Assembly (NCBI GenBank): GCA_039091855.1
Contig: JAWCLA010000026.1
Location: 1 to 10,857, forward strand
DNA length: 10,857 bases
DNA from: Candidatus Aenigmatarchaeota archaeon
Lineage (GTDB): Archaea > Aenigmatarchaeota > Aenigmatarchaeia > QMZP01
Direction of reading: 5' to 3'
Shown here one piece after another: positions 1 to 7,859 of this stretch. The notes beneath the pieces were generated by a model, which saw only the letters and a program-made list of their open reading frames with translations, was not told the DNA's origin and searched no databases. A program made the translations under genes and the position numbers. How positions within the stretch are numbered: position 1 is the first letter of the stretch; each line of letters opens with the position of its first letter.

Positions 1-128
1 CTGCTTTTGTTTCTAAATGTTTCAGGGTATAGCTGGTAACAGAAAACGAATTGAGTAACCTTGGAAAGTTTTTAATTTAGCAATCAAATAGTATTTAACA
101 AAATTGTCAGGGGTTCTGCGGTGGTTGT

Positions 129-1355
129 ATGATAGCCCTTAACTGGGAGCCAAAGACAGGGATTTGGTGCGAGGAGGAGGATGGAAAGGAAAGGTTGAGG
201 AAGAACTTTTTCGGCGAGTTCAGAGACGAAAGGATATTCCTAAACCCAGAGGAGGCGCTTTACATCATAACGTTCCTAAATGGCGTTTGCTACAAAAGCG
301 GAAACCCTGTCGGCTTCAACGATATAGCATCTCATTACATAAGGCAGAACCCAAGGCTTATGGTTGACTACAACGCCTACAGGGACTGGAGGGACAGGGG
401 ACTGATACTGAAAAAATTCGGCGAGGTAAAGCTCCAAAAGGAGCCAAAAAAGCCGAAGGGGGAGAAAAGGTACCCGGCAAAGGGCCTGAAGGTAGAGAGC
501 ATACCAGAAAAGGCTCACTGGTACCCTGAATCGCTCTTTGCTGTTGTTGACGAGCAGAAAATCGGGGAGGAACTTTTCAACAAATACTGGTTCGGACAAC
601 TTGGGGTTTACAGGCAGGAAAGGGGAAACCTGTTAAGGCTCGACTTTATGGAAACCATATTCCTGTCAAAGATGTTCGGGCTGAAAGTGATAGATTCCTC
701 CACAGGAAAGCTTGTGACGGGTGAACATATTTTAGAACAGGTTTCAAAGAAGCGCGAACACGCAAGAAGGCTTTACGAGGTTTACGAGGACTGGAGGATG
801 AGGGGATATGTTGTAAAGACAGGCTTCAAGTTCGGCTCGCACTTCAGGATATATTTCCCGGGCGCATCGCCCGCCCTCTCACCCAGCAAGCAGGGAAACG
901 AAAAAAAGGAGTGGATACATTCAAGGCACGTCCTTCACGTCTTCCCAAAGGAGCAGAAGCTTCTTGTTTCGGAGTGGGCGCGGGCAGTGAGGGTGGCGCA
1001 CAGCGTTAAAAAAACCTTTCTCCTTTCTGTTCCCGAGCTGAAGGAAAAGGATATAAGGGAGTTTGGCGTGGCATCGGAATTTCTCGCCTACAGGAGAAAG
1101 AAGCAGGGACAGAATCTCGTGAGGGAGAACCCTGAGGAAGACAAGCCAAGATACCTTTTGGTTGCCTTTTCAGAGGATGACCACATAGGTGGCGTTGAGC
1201 TCGCAAGCCTGCTGAAAAAGGCAGAGTCCCTCGGGCTTCAGCTGCTGCTTTCAATAACCGACAGGGAGACATCAATAACCTATTACGTCCTTAACAAGAT
1301 AGTCCTGCCAGACTCGGAGAATGAGTATTACGAGATAGAGTGGATGAAGCCATAG
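129..1355 (+). CDS. endA: tRNA-intron (splicing) endonuclease, three-unit epsilon2-like architecture
   Basis: 408 aa. Catalytic unit with YEDWRMRGYVVKTGFKFGSHFRIY (Tyr), WIHSRH (His) and RVAHSVKK (Lys). Duplicated N-subdomain (LNPEEALY..AYRDWRDRG). Third C-subdomain unit ending YYEIEWMKP. Confidence 0.95.
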   Translation: MIALNWEPKTGIWCEEEDGKERLRKNFFGEFRDERIFLNPEEALYIITFLNGVCYKSGNPVGFNDIASHYIRQNPRLMVDYNAYRDWRDRGLILKKFGEVKLQKEPKKPKGEKRYPAKGLKVESIPEKAHWYPESLFAVVDEQKIGEELFNKYWFGQLGVYRQERGNLLRLDFMETIFLSKMFGLKVIDSSTGKLVTGEHILEQVSKKREHARRLYEVYEDWRMRGYVVKTGFKFGSHFRIYFPGASPALSPSKQGNEKKEWIHSRHVLHVFPKEQKLLVSEWARAVRVAHSVKKTFLLSVPELKEKDIREFGVASEFLAYRRKKQGQNLVRENPEEDKPRYLLVAFSEDDHIGGVELASLLKKAESLGLQLLLSITDRETSITYYVLNKIVLPDSENEYYEIEWMKP

Positions 1356-1405
1356 TTGTTGCAACCTTTATCATTTTTCGATTAACCTTTGCAGAAGACT
1401 CTCGC

Positions 1406-1488
1406 AGGACGGCTTAACCCAATCTATCCAAGCCGTCATTCCAAACCCAAGAAGGACGGCTTAACTCAATCTATCCAAGCCGTCATTC
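1406..1488. repeat. Two 36-bp direct repeats (1406-1441, 1453-1488), each palindromic
   Basis: AGGACGGCTTAAC(C/T)CAATCTATCCAAGCCGTCATTC occurs twice with one mismatch and an 11-bp spacer. Internal inverted repeat GACGGCTT/AAGCCGTC. Confidence 0.95.
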
Positions 1489-1581
1489 TATAGTTGGCTC
1501 TCGGAAAGGGTTAGGGAAAAGCCTAACAAATTCCTGCTGATATTTAAGGACATAGAATAAATTCCTAACTGGAGGTTTGTT

Positions 1582-3765
1582 ATGTTTTTTTCAGGAAGGA
1601 AGGGTGTTGCTCACCTGTTGGCTTTTGCTTTAATAGTTATTGTTAGTGCTGGAATTGTTTTTGCAACTATTTTTTCAACGCAGTTTCTGCCCAAGACCAA
1701 GCCTACAGAGGAATTGAAGAAATTCTACTCCTGCGAGCAGATAAAGAGCTTCATAAAGGAGAATGCGGGTGGGTATGGCTATGGATTTTTAGGAACCTTC
1801 GGGGCCCCGACAATGACAAGGGAGTTAATTCCCATGGCAGTTGGGGGAGCTGAAAAAACCACGACCGCAACAGAGTTCTCTACCACCAACATACAGGTTG
1901 AGGGTGTGGACGAGCCGGACATAGTCAAGAATGACGGCAAGTACATATATACTGTTTCTGGAAACAGCATATTCATAATCAATGCCTATCCCCCTGAAGA
2001 GTCTGGAATACTTTCCCAAATAAACTCGTCAGGGGTTCAGGAGATTTTCATAAATGATGACAGGATTGTTGTTTTTGGGGTTGAGTATCCGTCCTATGAA
2101 GAGCCTGTCGTAAAGAGAGAATTTGCAGCGGAGATTATGCCTTATCCGATGTATTCACCAAGAACTTACATCCGTGTTTATGACGTGTCTGACAAATATA
2201 ACCCCGTGCTGAAAAGGAACATTTCAATAGAGGGGAATTACTATGACGCGAGAATGATAGGAGATTATGTTTATGTGATTGTTAACAAGGATGTATATTT
2301 TTCGGAAAACGGGCCTGTAGTCGTTCCGATGGTTTATTCAGAACAGGGTTCTAAACCCGTGTGCAAGTGCTCTGACATCTATTATTTTGGAATTCCTGAC
2401 TACGGCTATCAGTTCGTCACGATTGCCTCAATAAACGTTAAAGAGGATTCGGGAGAGCCCAATACAAAAGTGATAATGTCAGGATATACAGACACGATGT
2501 ATGTTTCAGCCAGAAACGTATATCTTTCCTATATGAAGAGGATGAGCTGGCAGGAGCAGTCAGAGAGATTCATAAATGCTATAAAGCCTTTTCTGCCTTC
2601 AGAGGTTTCAATAAAAATAACCCAAACCCAGAGCGAAAACATACCATTCAGCGAAAAGATGGAGAGGATGGGAGAAGCTTTCCAGGATTACTACAACTCG
2701 CTTTCAGAGGAGGAGAAAGAGGAGTTTGTGAACAAGACATACGAGGCGATGGAAAAGGCTTATGAGGACATAGCAAAGGAAACCGAGAAAACGGCAATAC
2801 ACAAAATATCTATAGAAAACGGTCAGATAGAATACAGGACAAAGGGAGAGGTGCAAGGACGTCTTCTTAACCAGTTCTCTTTGGACGAGAGCAATGGATT
2901 TTTGAGGGTTGCGACAACAACGTCAGGAAGCTGGGACTGGAGAACAGGGCAACAAGTTTCTCCTCAGAAAAACCACGTCTATGTTTTGGATGCAGGAATG
3001 TCTGTTGTAGGAAAGCTCGAGGACCTTGCCCCTGGCGAAAGCATATATTCGGCAAGGTTTATTGGAGACAGGGCATACCTCGTGACATTCAAGAAGATTG
3101 ACCCACTTTTCGTCATAGACCTGTCAGAACCCACCAACCCGAGCCTTCTCGGAAAGCTGAAAATACCAGGCTACTCGGATTACCTGCACCCATACGATGA
3201 AAACCACATAATAGGGATAGGTAAAGAAACAGTAGAGGCAGAGGAGCCTGGAATGGATTTTGCCTGGTACCAGGGAGTGAAGCTTGCATTGTTTGACGTT
3301 TCTGACCCAAACAAACCGAAGGAGATTTCAAAATATGTTATAGGCGACAGGGGAACAGAATCTTACGCCCTTCGCGACCACAAGGCATTCCTTTTCAGCA
3401 GGCAGAAAAATCTTCTGGTGATACCAATCCTGCTTGCTGAGATAGACGAATCGCAATACCCAAAAGGAGTTCCATCAAATGCCTATGGAGATTACACATT
3501 TCAGGGCGCCTATGTATTCAAAATTGACCTCGAAGATGGGTTCTCCCTCAAGGGAAGGGTAACTCATAGTAATGAACAAAACCTGAAGAAGTCAGGTTGG
3601 TACTGGTATTCTCCATACTCAATACAGAGATCCCTGTACATAGATGATGTGCTCTACACTGTTTCCCAGGGAATGGTAAAGGCAAACTCCCTTTCGGACC
3701 TTTCGGAAATAAAAGCTATAACAATACCTGTTGCAGCAGAGAGCGTTTACAAAGGCGTATGGTAA
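1582..3765 (+). CDS. Secreted/membrane-anchored beta-propeller domain protein (Beta_propel, COG4880-like)
   Basis: Family motifs FSTTNIQVEGVDEPDIVKNDGKYIY, LLNQFSLDE, GESIYSARF, LVTFKKIDPLFVIDLS and LKIPGYSDYLHP. N-terminal hydrophobic helix. GGAGGT at 1571-1576. Confidence 0.9.
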   Translation: MFFSGRKGVAHLLAFALIVIVSAGIVFATIFSTQFLPKTKPTEELKKFYSCEQIKSFIKENAGGYGYGFLGTFGAPTMTRELIPMAVGGAEKTTTATEFSTTNIQVEGVDEPDIVKNDGKYIYTVSGNSIFIINAYPPEESGILSQINSSGVQEIFINDDRIVVFGVEYPSYEEPVVKREFAAEIMPYPMYSPRTYIRVYDVSDKYNPVLKRNISIEGNYYDARMIGDYVYVIVNKDVYFSENGPVVVPMVYSEQGSKPVCKCSDIYYFGIPDYGYQFVTIASINVKEDSGEPNTKVIMSGYTDTMYVSARNVYLSYMKRMSWQEQSERFINAIKPFLPSEVSIKITQTQSENIPFSEKMERMGEAFQDYYNSLSEEEKEEFVNKTYEAMEKAYEDIAKETEKTAIHKISIENGQIEYRTKGEVQGRLLNQFSLDESNGFLRVATTTSGSWDWRTGQQVSPQKNHVYVLDAGMSVVGKLEDLAPGESIYSARFIGDRAYLVTFKKIDPLFVIDLSEPTNPSLLGKLKIPGYSDYLHPYDENHIIGIGKETVEAEEPGMDFAWYQGVKLALFDVSDPNKPKEISKYVIGDRGTESYALRDHKAFLFSRQKNLLVIPILLAEIDESQYPKGVPSNAYGDYTFQGAYVFKIDLEDGFSLKGRVTHSNEQNLKKSGWYWYSPYSIQRSLYIDDVLYTVSQGMVKANSLSDLSEIKAITIPVAAESVYKGVW

Positions 3766-3886
3766 TAATGGTATTCTGACATTAATTATACCACATTTCT
3801 AATAATATAATATCCACAAACCAAGTATTTCCTTTTTATTTCTGACTAACATTTTAAAAAATAAATTAAAAGTAGGAGGTGACAAA

Positions 3887-4066
3887 ATGGGAAACAAAGA
3901 GAAAGAAGCTTTCTGGAAGGGATACCTAGATTTTGAAAAATCAGGAGGGCACCCTAATCCCAACCCGATTATAGAGCTAATCAAACCCGTTTACGATCCT
4001 CCCAGAGGTCGCGAGGAAGCATACAAAGCTGGATGGGAAAAAGCTAAGCAGGATAGAAGAAAGTAG
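3887..4066 (+). CDS. Small hypothetical protein, 59 aa (not in ORF track)
   Basis: GGAGGTGA Shine-Dalgarno at 3875-3882, ATG at 3887, TAG at 4064-4066. Translation MGNKEKEAFWKGYLDFEKSGGHPNPNPIIELIKPVYDPPRGREEAYKAGWEKAKQDRRK. Confidence 0.8.
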   Translation: MGNKEKEAFWKGYLDFEKSGGHPNPNPIIELIKPVYDPPRGREEAYKAGWEKAKQDRRK

Positions 4067-4109
4067 CTGGCTTTAAACTGTAAAAATGACTTGGGGAAAC
4101 GAGGGCAGA

Positions 4110-4141
4110 GGGAGAGGATTTTTTATTTTTTAACCTCTCCC
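4110..4141 (+). terminator. Inverted repeat enclosing a T-tract, probable terminator of the 59-aa gene
   Basis: GGGAGAGG-ATTTTTTATTTTTTAA-CCTCTCCC, between convergent genes. Confidence 0.45.
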
Positions 4142-4258
4142 ATTCAATATTCTAACCTCTAAAATAGGTGCACTATCAAAAGTCTTTTTCCAAAACAAAT
4201 TTAATGGACGGCATCACACCCTGCTTTTATGCAATGATGCGAAAGCCGCCAATTGTTT

Positions 4259-4486
4259 TTAGAATTCTTTGACTTTCTTTGAGATGAAGTCCCTTATCTC
4301 CTTGTCGTCAGGTATTGCAATGGACTTCTTGAATCTCTTTGTTCCGTCTGGCAGGAAAAAACCCCTAGAGATGGCAATGAACTCGTTCTCGCCCTCGTCA
4401 GCGATTGCCTTCTTCCTCGCTATCTCTATGAAGTTGTTCTTGCCGAACTTCACTTCCTCCGCCTTCAGTGTTTGGAATTCTACCAT
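4259..4486 (-). CDS. Small archaeal protein, probably PC4/Pur-like nucleic-acid-binding fold
   Basis: 75 aa. GGAGGT on the minus strand at 4493-4498 and TTTATAAA at 4568-4575. Beta-strand pattern (EFIAISRGFFLPDGTKRFKKSIAI) plus a C-terminal helix resembles PC4. The fold call is inference. Confidence 0.75.
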   Translation of the reverse strand: MVEFQTLKAEEVKFGKNNFIEIARKKAIADEGENEFIAISRGFFLPDGTKRFKKSIAIPDDKEIRDFISKKVKEF

Positions 4487-4784
4487 GTTTATACCTCCGT
4501 GTCAAAGCAGCCGCAGTGAGATGACCGGCGGTTGCTATATAGTTAGTAGTAGGAAATGGGGTTTGGATTTATAAAGGTATCGTTGTATTGCTCTATGAGG
4601 TCGTGGAAACTCATTATGGAAGCGGAAATGTTGGACCTATTGTATACGGCAAGAATTAGTGAAAATACCCTGAGGGGAATTTTGTGGAAAAGCTGTCGGT
4701 TTCATAGGAGAAGATTGCAGTTTATTTATTTGGTTTGCAGTTACCCTGATGCCAACCTTAAATAATCCTGTGCAAAATATTCTT

Positions 4785-5246
4785 ATGCTTAATGAGATTG
4801 CTCTCGTGGCTTTTGTGGCAATGCTTCCTGTCTCAGAACTGAGGGGGGCAATCCCTCTTGGAATCTCGTTGGGTCTTCCTCTTGAATATGTTATAATTGT
4901 TTCATTGTTTGCAAACTGCCTTGCATTCTTTCCAATATACTTTGGACTTGAACTTTTGTACGAGAGGTTTTTTATAAGATACCTTTTTTGCAGGAATTTG
5001 ATGGAAAAAAGCAGGAAAAGGGTAGAGCCTTACATAAGCAGGTACGGGATTATCGGGCTGGCTGTTTTTATTGGAATCCCACTGCCAGTCACTGGGGTTT
5101 GGACAGGGACAATTGTGGCGTGGGTTCTCGGGCTGGATTGGAAAAAGTCCTTTCTCGCAGTCTGTTTGGGAGTTCTTATGGCAGCAGCAATAGTTAGCAT
5201 GGTAGTTCTGGGATTTTTGGCAGGCTTGGGATTTGTTTTGGGATGA
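4785..5246 (+). CDS. COG2426 / putative small multidrug export membrane protein
   Basis: MLPVSELRGAIPLG and FIGIPLPVTGVWTG motifs with several TM helices. Start at 4785 is preferred over 4749 because TATA-like CTTAAATA at 4757-4764 implies a leaderless mRNA. Confidence 0.88.
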   Translation: MLNEIALVAFVAMLPVSELRGAIPLGISLGLPLEYVIIVSLFANCLAFFPIYFGLELLYERFFIRYLFCRNLMEKSRKRVEPYISRYGIIGLAVFIGIPLPVTGVWTGTIVAWVLGLDWKKSFLAVCLGVLMAAAIVSMVVLGFLAGLGFVLG

Positions 5247-5261
5247 TTGAATAAAAACTCT

Positions 5262-6422
5262 CTATTTCAACCCCAGCTCCTTCTTGAGTTGTGGAACCTT
5301 GTCCGTCTTTTCCCATGTGAAGTCCGGATCATTCCTGCCGAAATGCCCGTATGCAGCTGTTTTTTTGTATATTGGCCTGAGAAGTTTAAGGTGCTCTATT
5401 ATTCCCCTTGGTGTTAGAGGGAAAATCTTTCTGACTGCCTCTGAGATTTTTTCGTCAGGAACCTTTCCTGTGCCAAAGGTGTGGATGAGGACAGATACCG
5501 GCTGTGCGATCCCTATTGAGTACGCAAGCTGAACCTCGCACTTTTCAGCGGCTCCGGATGCAACTATGTTCTTTGCTATGTATCTCGCCATATAGGCGGC
5601 AGAGCGGTCAACCTTTGACGGGTCCTTTCCTGAGAAGCAGCCGCCTCCGTGCCTGCCCATCCCCCCATAAGTGTCAACTATTATCTTTCTTCCTGTTACC
5701 CCGGTATCCGCCTCTGGTCCGCCTATCGCAAACACGCCTGTCTCGTTTATGAATATCTTTGTCTTGTCATCCATCCACTTGCCACATACAGGCTTTATCA
5801 CATGCTCTGTTATGTCATGCCTTATCTTGCCGTTTTCAACTTCAGGGTTGTGGTGAACTGCAATAACAACAGCATCAACCCTTTTTGGCTTGCCGTCAAC
5901 ATACTCAACCGTGACCTGTGACTTGCCATCAGGCCTTACCCAGTCAAGTATCTTTTTCTTCCTCACTTCAGCCAGTCGCATTGTAAGCTTGTGCGCGAGC
6001 ATTATTGGAAGCGGCATAAGTTCGGGTGTCTCGTTGCAGGCAAAACCGAACATCATTCCCTGGTCTCCCGCGCCTTGTTCATGGTTTTCTGTCTGGTTTA
6101 CCCCTATAGCTATGTTCTGGCTCTGCTCGTGTATCGATGTTAAAACAGCGCAGTCCATACAATCAATCCCGTATTCCGGGTTTGTGTATCCTATCTCCCT
6201 GAGGGTTTCTCTTGCAATCTTTGGTATGTCAACATAGCAGTCTGTTGTTATCTCTCCTGCTATCATAACAAGACCTGTGGTCGTCAGGCATTCCACTGCC
6301 ACCCTTCCTTTTGGATCCTTTGAAAGTATGGCATCAAGTATGGCATCTGATATCTGGTCGCAAATCTTGTCAGGGTGTCCCTCTGTTACTGATTCCGAAG
6401 TGAACAAAAATCTCTCAGCCAT
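5262..6422 (-). CDS. metK: S-adenosylmethionine synthetase, bacterial/eukaryotic type
   Basis: [46 protein letters not shown] and [16 protein letters not shown] motifs. ATG at 6422 (MAERFLF) is preceded by GGAGAG and preferred over the track's 6470 start. Confidence 0.97.
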   Translation of the reverse strand: MAERFLFTSESVTEGHPDKICDQISDAILDAILSKDPKGRVAVECLTTTGLVMIAGEITTDCYVDIPKIARETLREIGYTNPEYGIDCMDCAVLTSIHEQSQNIAIGVNQTENHEQGAGDQGMMFGFACNETPELMPLPIMLAHKLTMRLAEVRKKKILDWVRPDGKSQVTVEYVDGKPKRVDAVVIAVHHNPEVENGKIRHDITEHVIKPVCGKWMDDKTKIFINETGVFAIGGPEADTGVTGRKIIVDTYGGMGRHGGGCFSGKDPSKVDRSAAYMARYIAKNIVASGAAEKCEVQLAYSIGIAQPVSVLIHTFGTGKVPDEKISEAVRKIFPLTPRGIIEHLKLLRPIYKKTAAYGHFGRNDPDFTWEKTDKVPQLKKELGLK

Positions 6423-6617
6423 TTCCAACACTCTCCTTAAAATTTTTAATTTTGCATCAGGAACGAACACTTTATTGCGGCTTGGTTTCTGTTCTGTTTA
6501 GTTAAAGAAAGAAGGTATTTATATAATTTTTTATATATTTTAATAATAAAAAATAACTATCAGTTATTAATATCCCTAAAAAATAAAAGGAAACAAAAAA
6601 AATTGTTGTTAGGGTCT

Positions 6618-6704
6618 TTACCACTCGTCTTCTTCCTCCTCCTGCTCCTCTTCTTCCTCATCAAAGCTTTCCTCTTCTTCCTCTTTCTTCCTCTTCTTGT
6701 CCAT
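6618..6704 (-). CDS. 28-aa basic-then-acidic micropeptide (not in ORF track)
   Basis: MDKKRKKEEEEESFDEEEEEQEEEEDEW. AGGAGTGG SD just upstream, TTTAAATA TATA-like box near 6791-6798, T-rich terminator downstream on the minus strand. Confidence 0.6.
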   Translation of the reverse strand: MDKKRKKEEEEESFDEEEEEQEEEEDEW

Positions 6705-6872
6705 TAAAACCACTCCTAATTTTTAAGTCCCTTGGTGAAATTTCCACCTTGGGCAGCGCGAACAGGTTTAGCAATATATTGCAGAGGGCCTATTTAAATC
6801 CTTTTTTACAAGTATGATTATCTATCATTAAGTGGCAAAATCATTTTTATTGATTTTATTTAAGAAGTAATT

Positions 6873-7406
6873 ATGATAATAACCGGAAAACACATAAGGC
6901 AGAAAAGGGAGGAGGTTGGGCTTTCCCAGGCAGAATTGGCAAAGCTTGCAAGGGTTTCTCAGGCACACATAGCCAAAATAGAAAGCGATAAGGTCGATCC
7001 AAGGCTTTCTACAATAAACAGGATAATGTTTGCTTTAAAGACAAGGGAATCAAGAAAGACATGTTCTGATGTTATGCACAGGGGCGTTGTGTACGCATCT
7101 CCAGACGACCCCGTCGGAAAGATAATAAAGACTATGCACAGGATGGGCATATCGCAGATGCCTGTTATCCAAAGAGGCGTTCAGGTTGGCAGCATAGGGG
7201 AAACTACCATAATGAGAAACTTTGACAGGAACATAAGGAAGATGAGGGTTAAGGACATTATTGACAAGCCTTTCCCTATTGTTGATGTTAATGACACCAT
7301 AGAAATGCTTCCAGGCCTTCTGGAAGTTCACCAGGCTGTATTGGTTTCGGAAAAGGGCAAAATAAAGGGAATAATAACCAAGTCGGATTTGCTGTCACTT
7401 AAGTGA
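6873..7406 (+). CDS. XRE-family HTH transcriptional regulator with tandem CBS domains (COG3620-like)
   Basis: IRQKREEVGLSQAELAKLARVSQAHIAKIESDKVDPRLST HTH, followed by a CBS pair (ISQMPV..GSIGE; AVLV..GIITKSDLL). Confidence 0.93.
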   Translation: MIITGKHIRQKREEVGLSQAELAKLARVSQAHIAKIESDKVDPRLSTINRIMFALKTRESRKTCSDVMHRGVVYASPDDPVGKIIKTMHRMGISQMPVIQRGVQVGSIGETTIMRNFDRNIRKMRVKDIIDKPFPIVDVNDTIEMLPGLLEVHQAVLVSEKGKIKGIITKSDLLSLK

Positions 7407-7428
7407 GAATTGGTGTCTTTAAATATTT

Positions 7429-7592
7429 TAATATCAGCCCTTTTACAAAAAGGGCTGAACCCCCGTCAGCCCTTTCCAAGAAAGGGTTGATATCCCAAAG
7501 ACGTTACTATAACAATGCAATTGTTTCATATAATGTCAGCCCTTTTACAAAAAGGGCTGAACCCCCAAAAAATTTTACTATAACAATGCAAT
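7429..7592. repeat. Cluster of three palindromic hairpin repeats plus a duplicated 18-mer
   Basis: TCAGCCCTTTT-ACA-AAAAGGGCTGA-ACCCCC at 7434-7464 and 7536-7566 (identical). Variant TCAGCCCTTTC-CAA-GAAAGGGTTGA at 7466-7490. TTACTATAACAATGCAAT at 7504-7521 and 7575-7592. Confidence 0.95.
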
Positions 7593-7651
7593 AGGTGAAT
7601 ATAACAAAGTTGGGGCTATGGTGTAGCTTGGTCTAGCATCGGAGCATGGGG

Positions 7652-7736
7652 ACAAGCCTTTCTTTACAAGAGCCCACGGGCTTCTGCAAAGAAACCCTTG
7701 GGAAAGAAACAGGCAAAAAAGAAGGTCTTGACATCC
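7652..7736 (+). other. tRNA-Pro intron at canonical position 37/38 (85 nt)
   Basis: BHB: central helix ATGG/ACAT (one G-A mismatch), bulges GG^A and CC^T, flanking helices CAAG/CTTG and the anticodon stem. Confidence 0.88.
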
Positions 7737-7757
7737 TGCTTCAGACCCCGGTTCAAA

Positions 7758-7859
7758 CCTGAGCCTTCTTTCCCGAAAGAAGGCCAAGGCTCACCCAGAA
7801 ATGGAGTTACAAAATAACTGAGAAAGTGTTATCCGTTTATTTAAGGCCTGAGGTGAAAG
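7758..7859 (+). other. tRNA-Pro intron at non-canonical position 59/60 (102 nt)
   Basis: Central helix TTCA/TGAA, bulges AA^C and AG^T, T-stem as outer helix. Removal restores TTCAAAT. Confidence 0.88.

Noticed and set aside
1406-1488. CRISPR array (36-bp palindromic repeats)
   Set aside because: Only two copies, the 11-bp spacer is far too short, and there are no cas genes in the window.
3799-3984. Minus-strand 61-aa ORF in the track
   Set aside because: Antisense shadow of the SD-supported 59-aa plus-strand ORF at 3887-4066.
4556-4765. 69-aa ORF, and a long-range pairing of CTATGAGGTCG (4593-4603) with CGGTTTCATAG (4697-4707) as a possible ncRNA or MITE
   Set aside because: The ORF overlaps promoter signals and has no recognisable motif. 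The pairing needs three G-U pairs in 11 bp and could be chance.
5284-6501. Several plus-strand ORFs opposite metK, and similar nested ORFs within endA, the beta-propeller gene and mcrB
   Set aside because: Antisense or alternate-frame shadows of well-supported genes.
7403-7594. 63-aa ORF with repeated SPFTKRAEPP, overlapping the regulator's stop codon
   Set aside because: The peptide repeat is the translation of the DNA hairpin repeat, and the variation between copies preserves base pairing rather than amino acids.
7578-7787. Minus-strand 69-aa ORF
   Set aside because: Antisense to the tRNA-Pro gene.
7758-7859. Intron-encoded box C/D guide RNA (three CTGA motifs in Pro intron 2)
   Set aside because: No convincing RTGATGA box C, and the related Gly intron lacks CTGA. 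A snoscan search would settle it.
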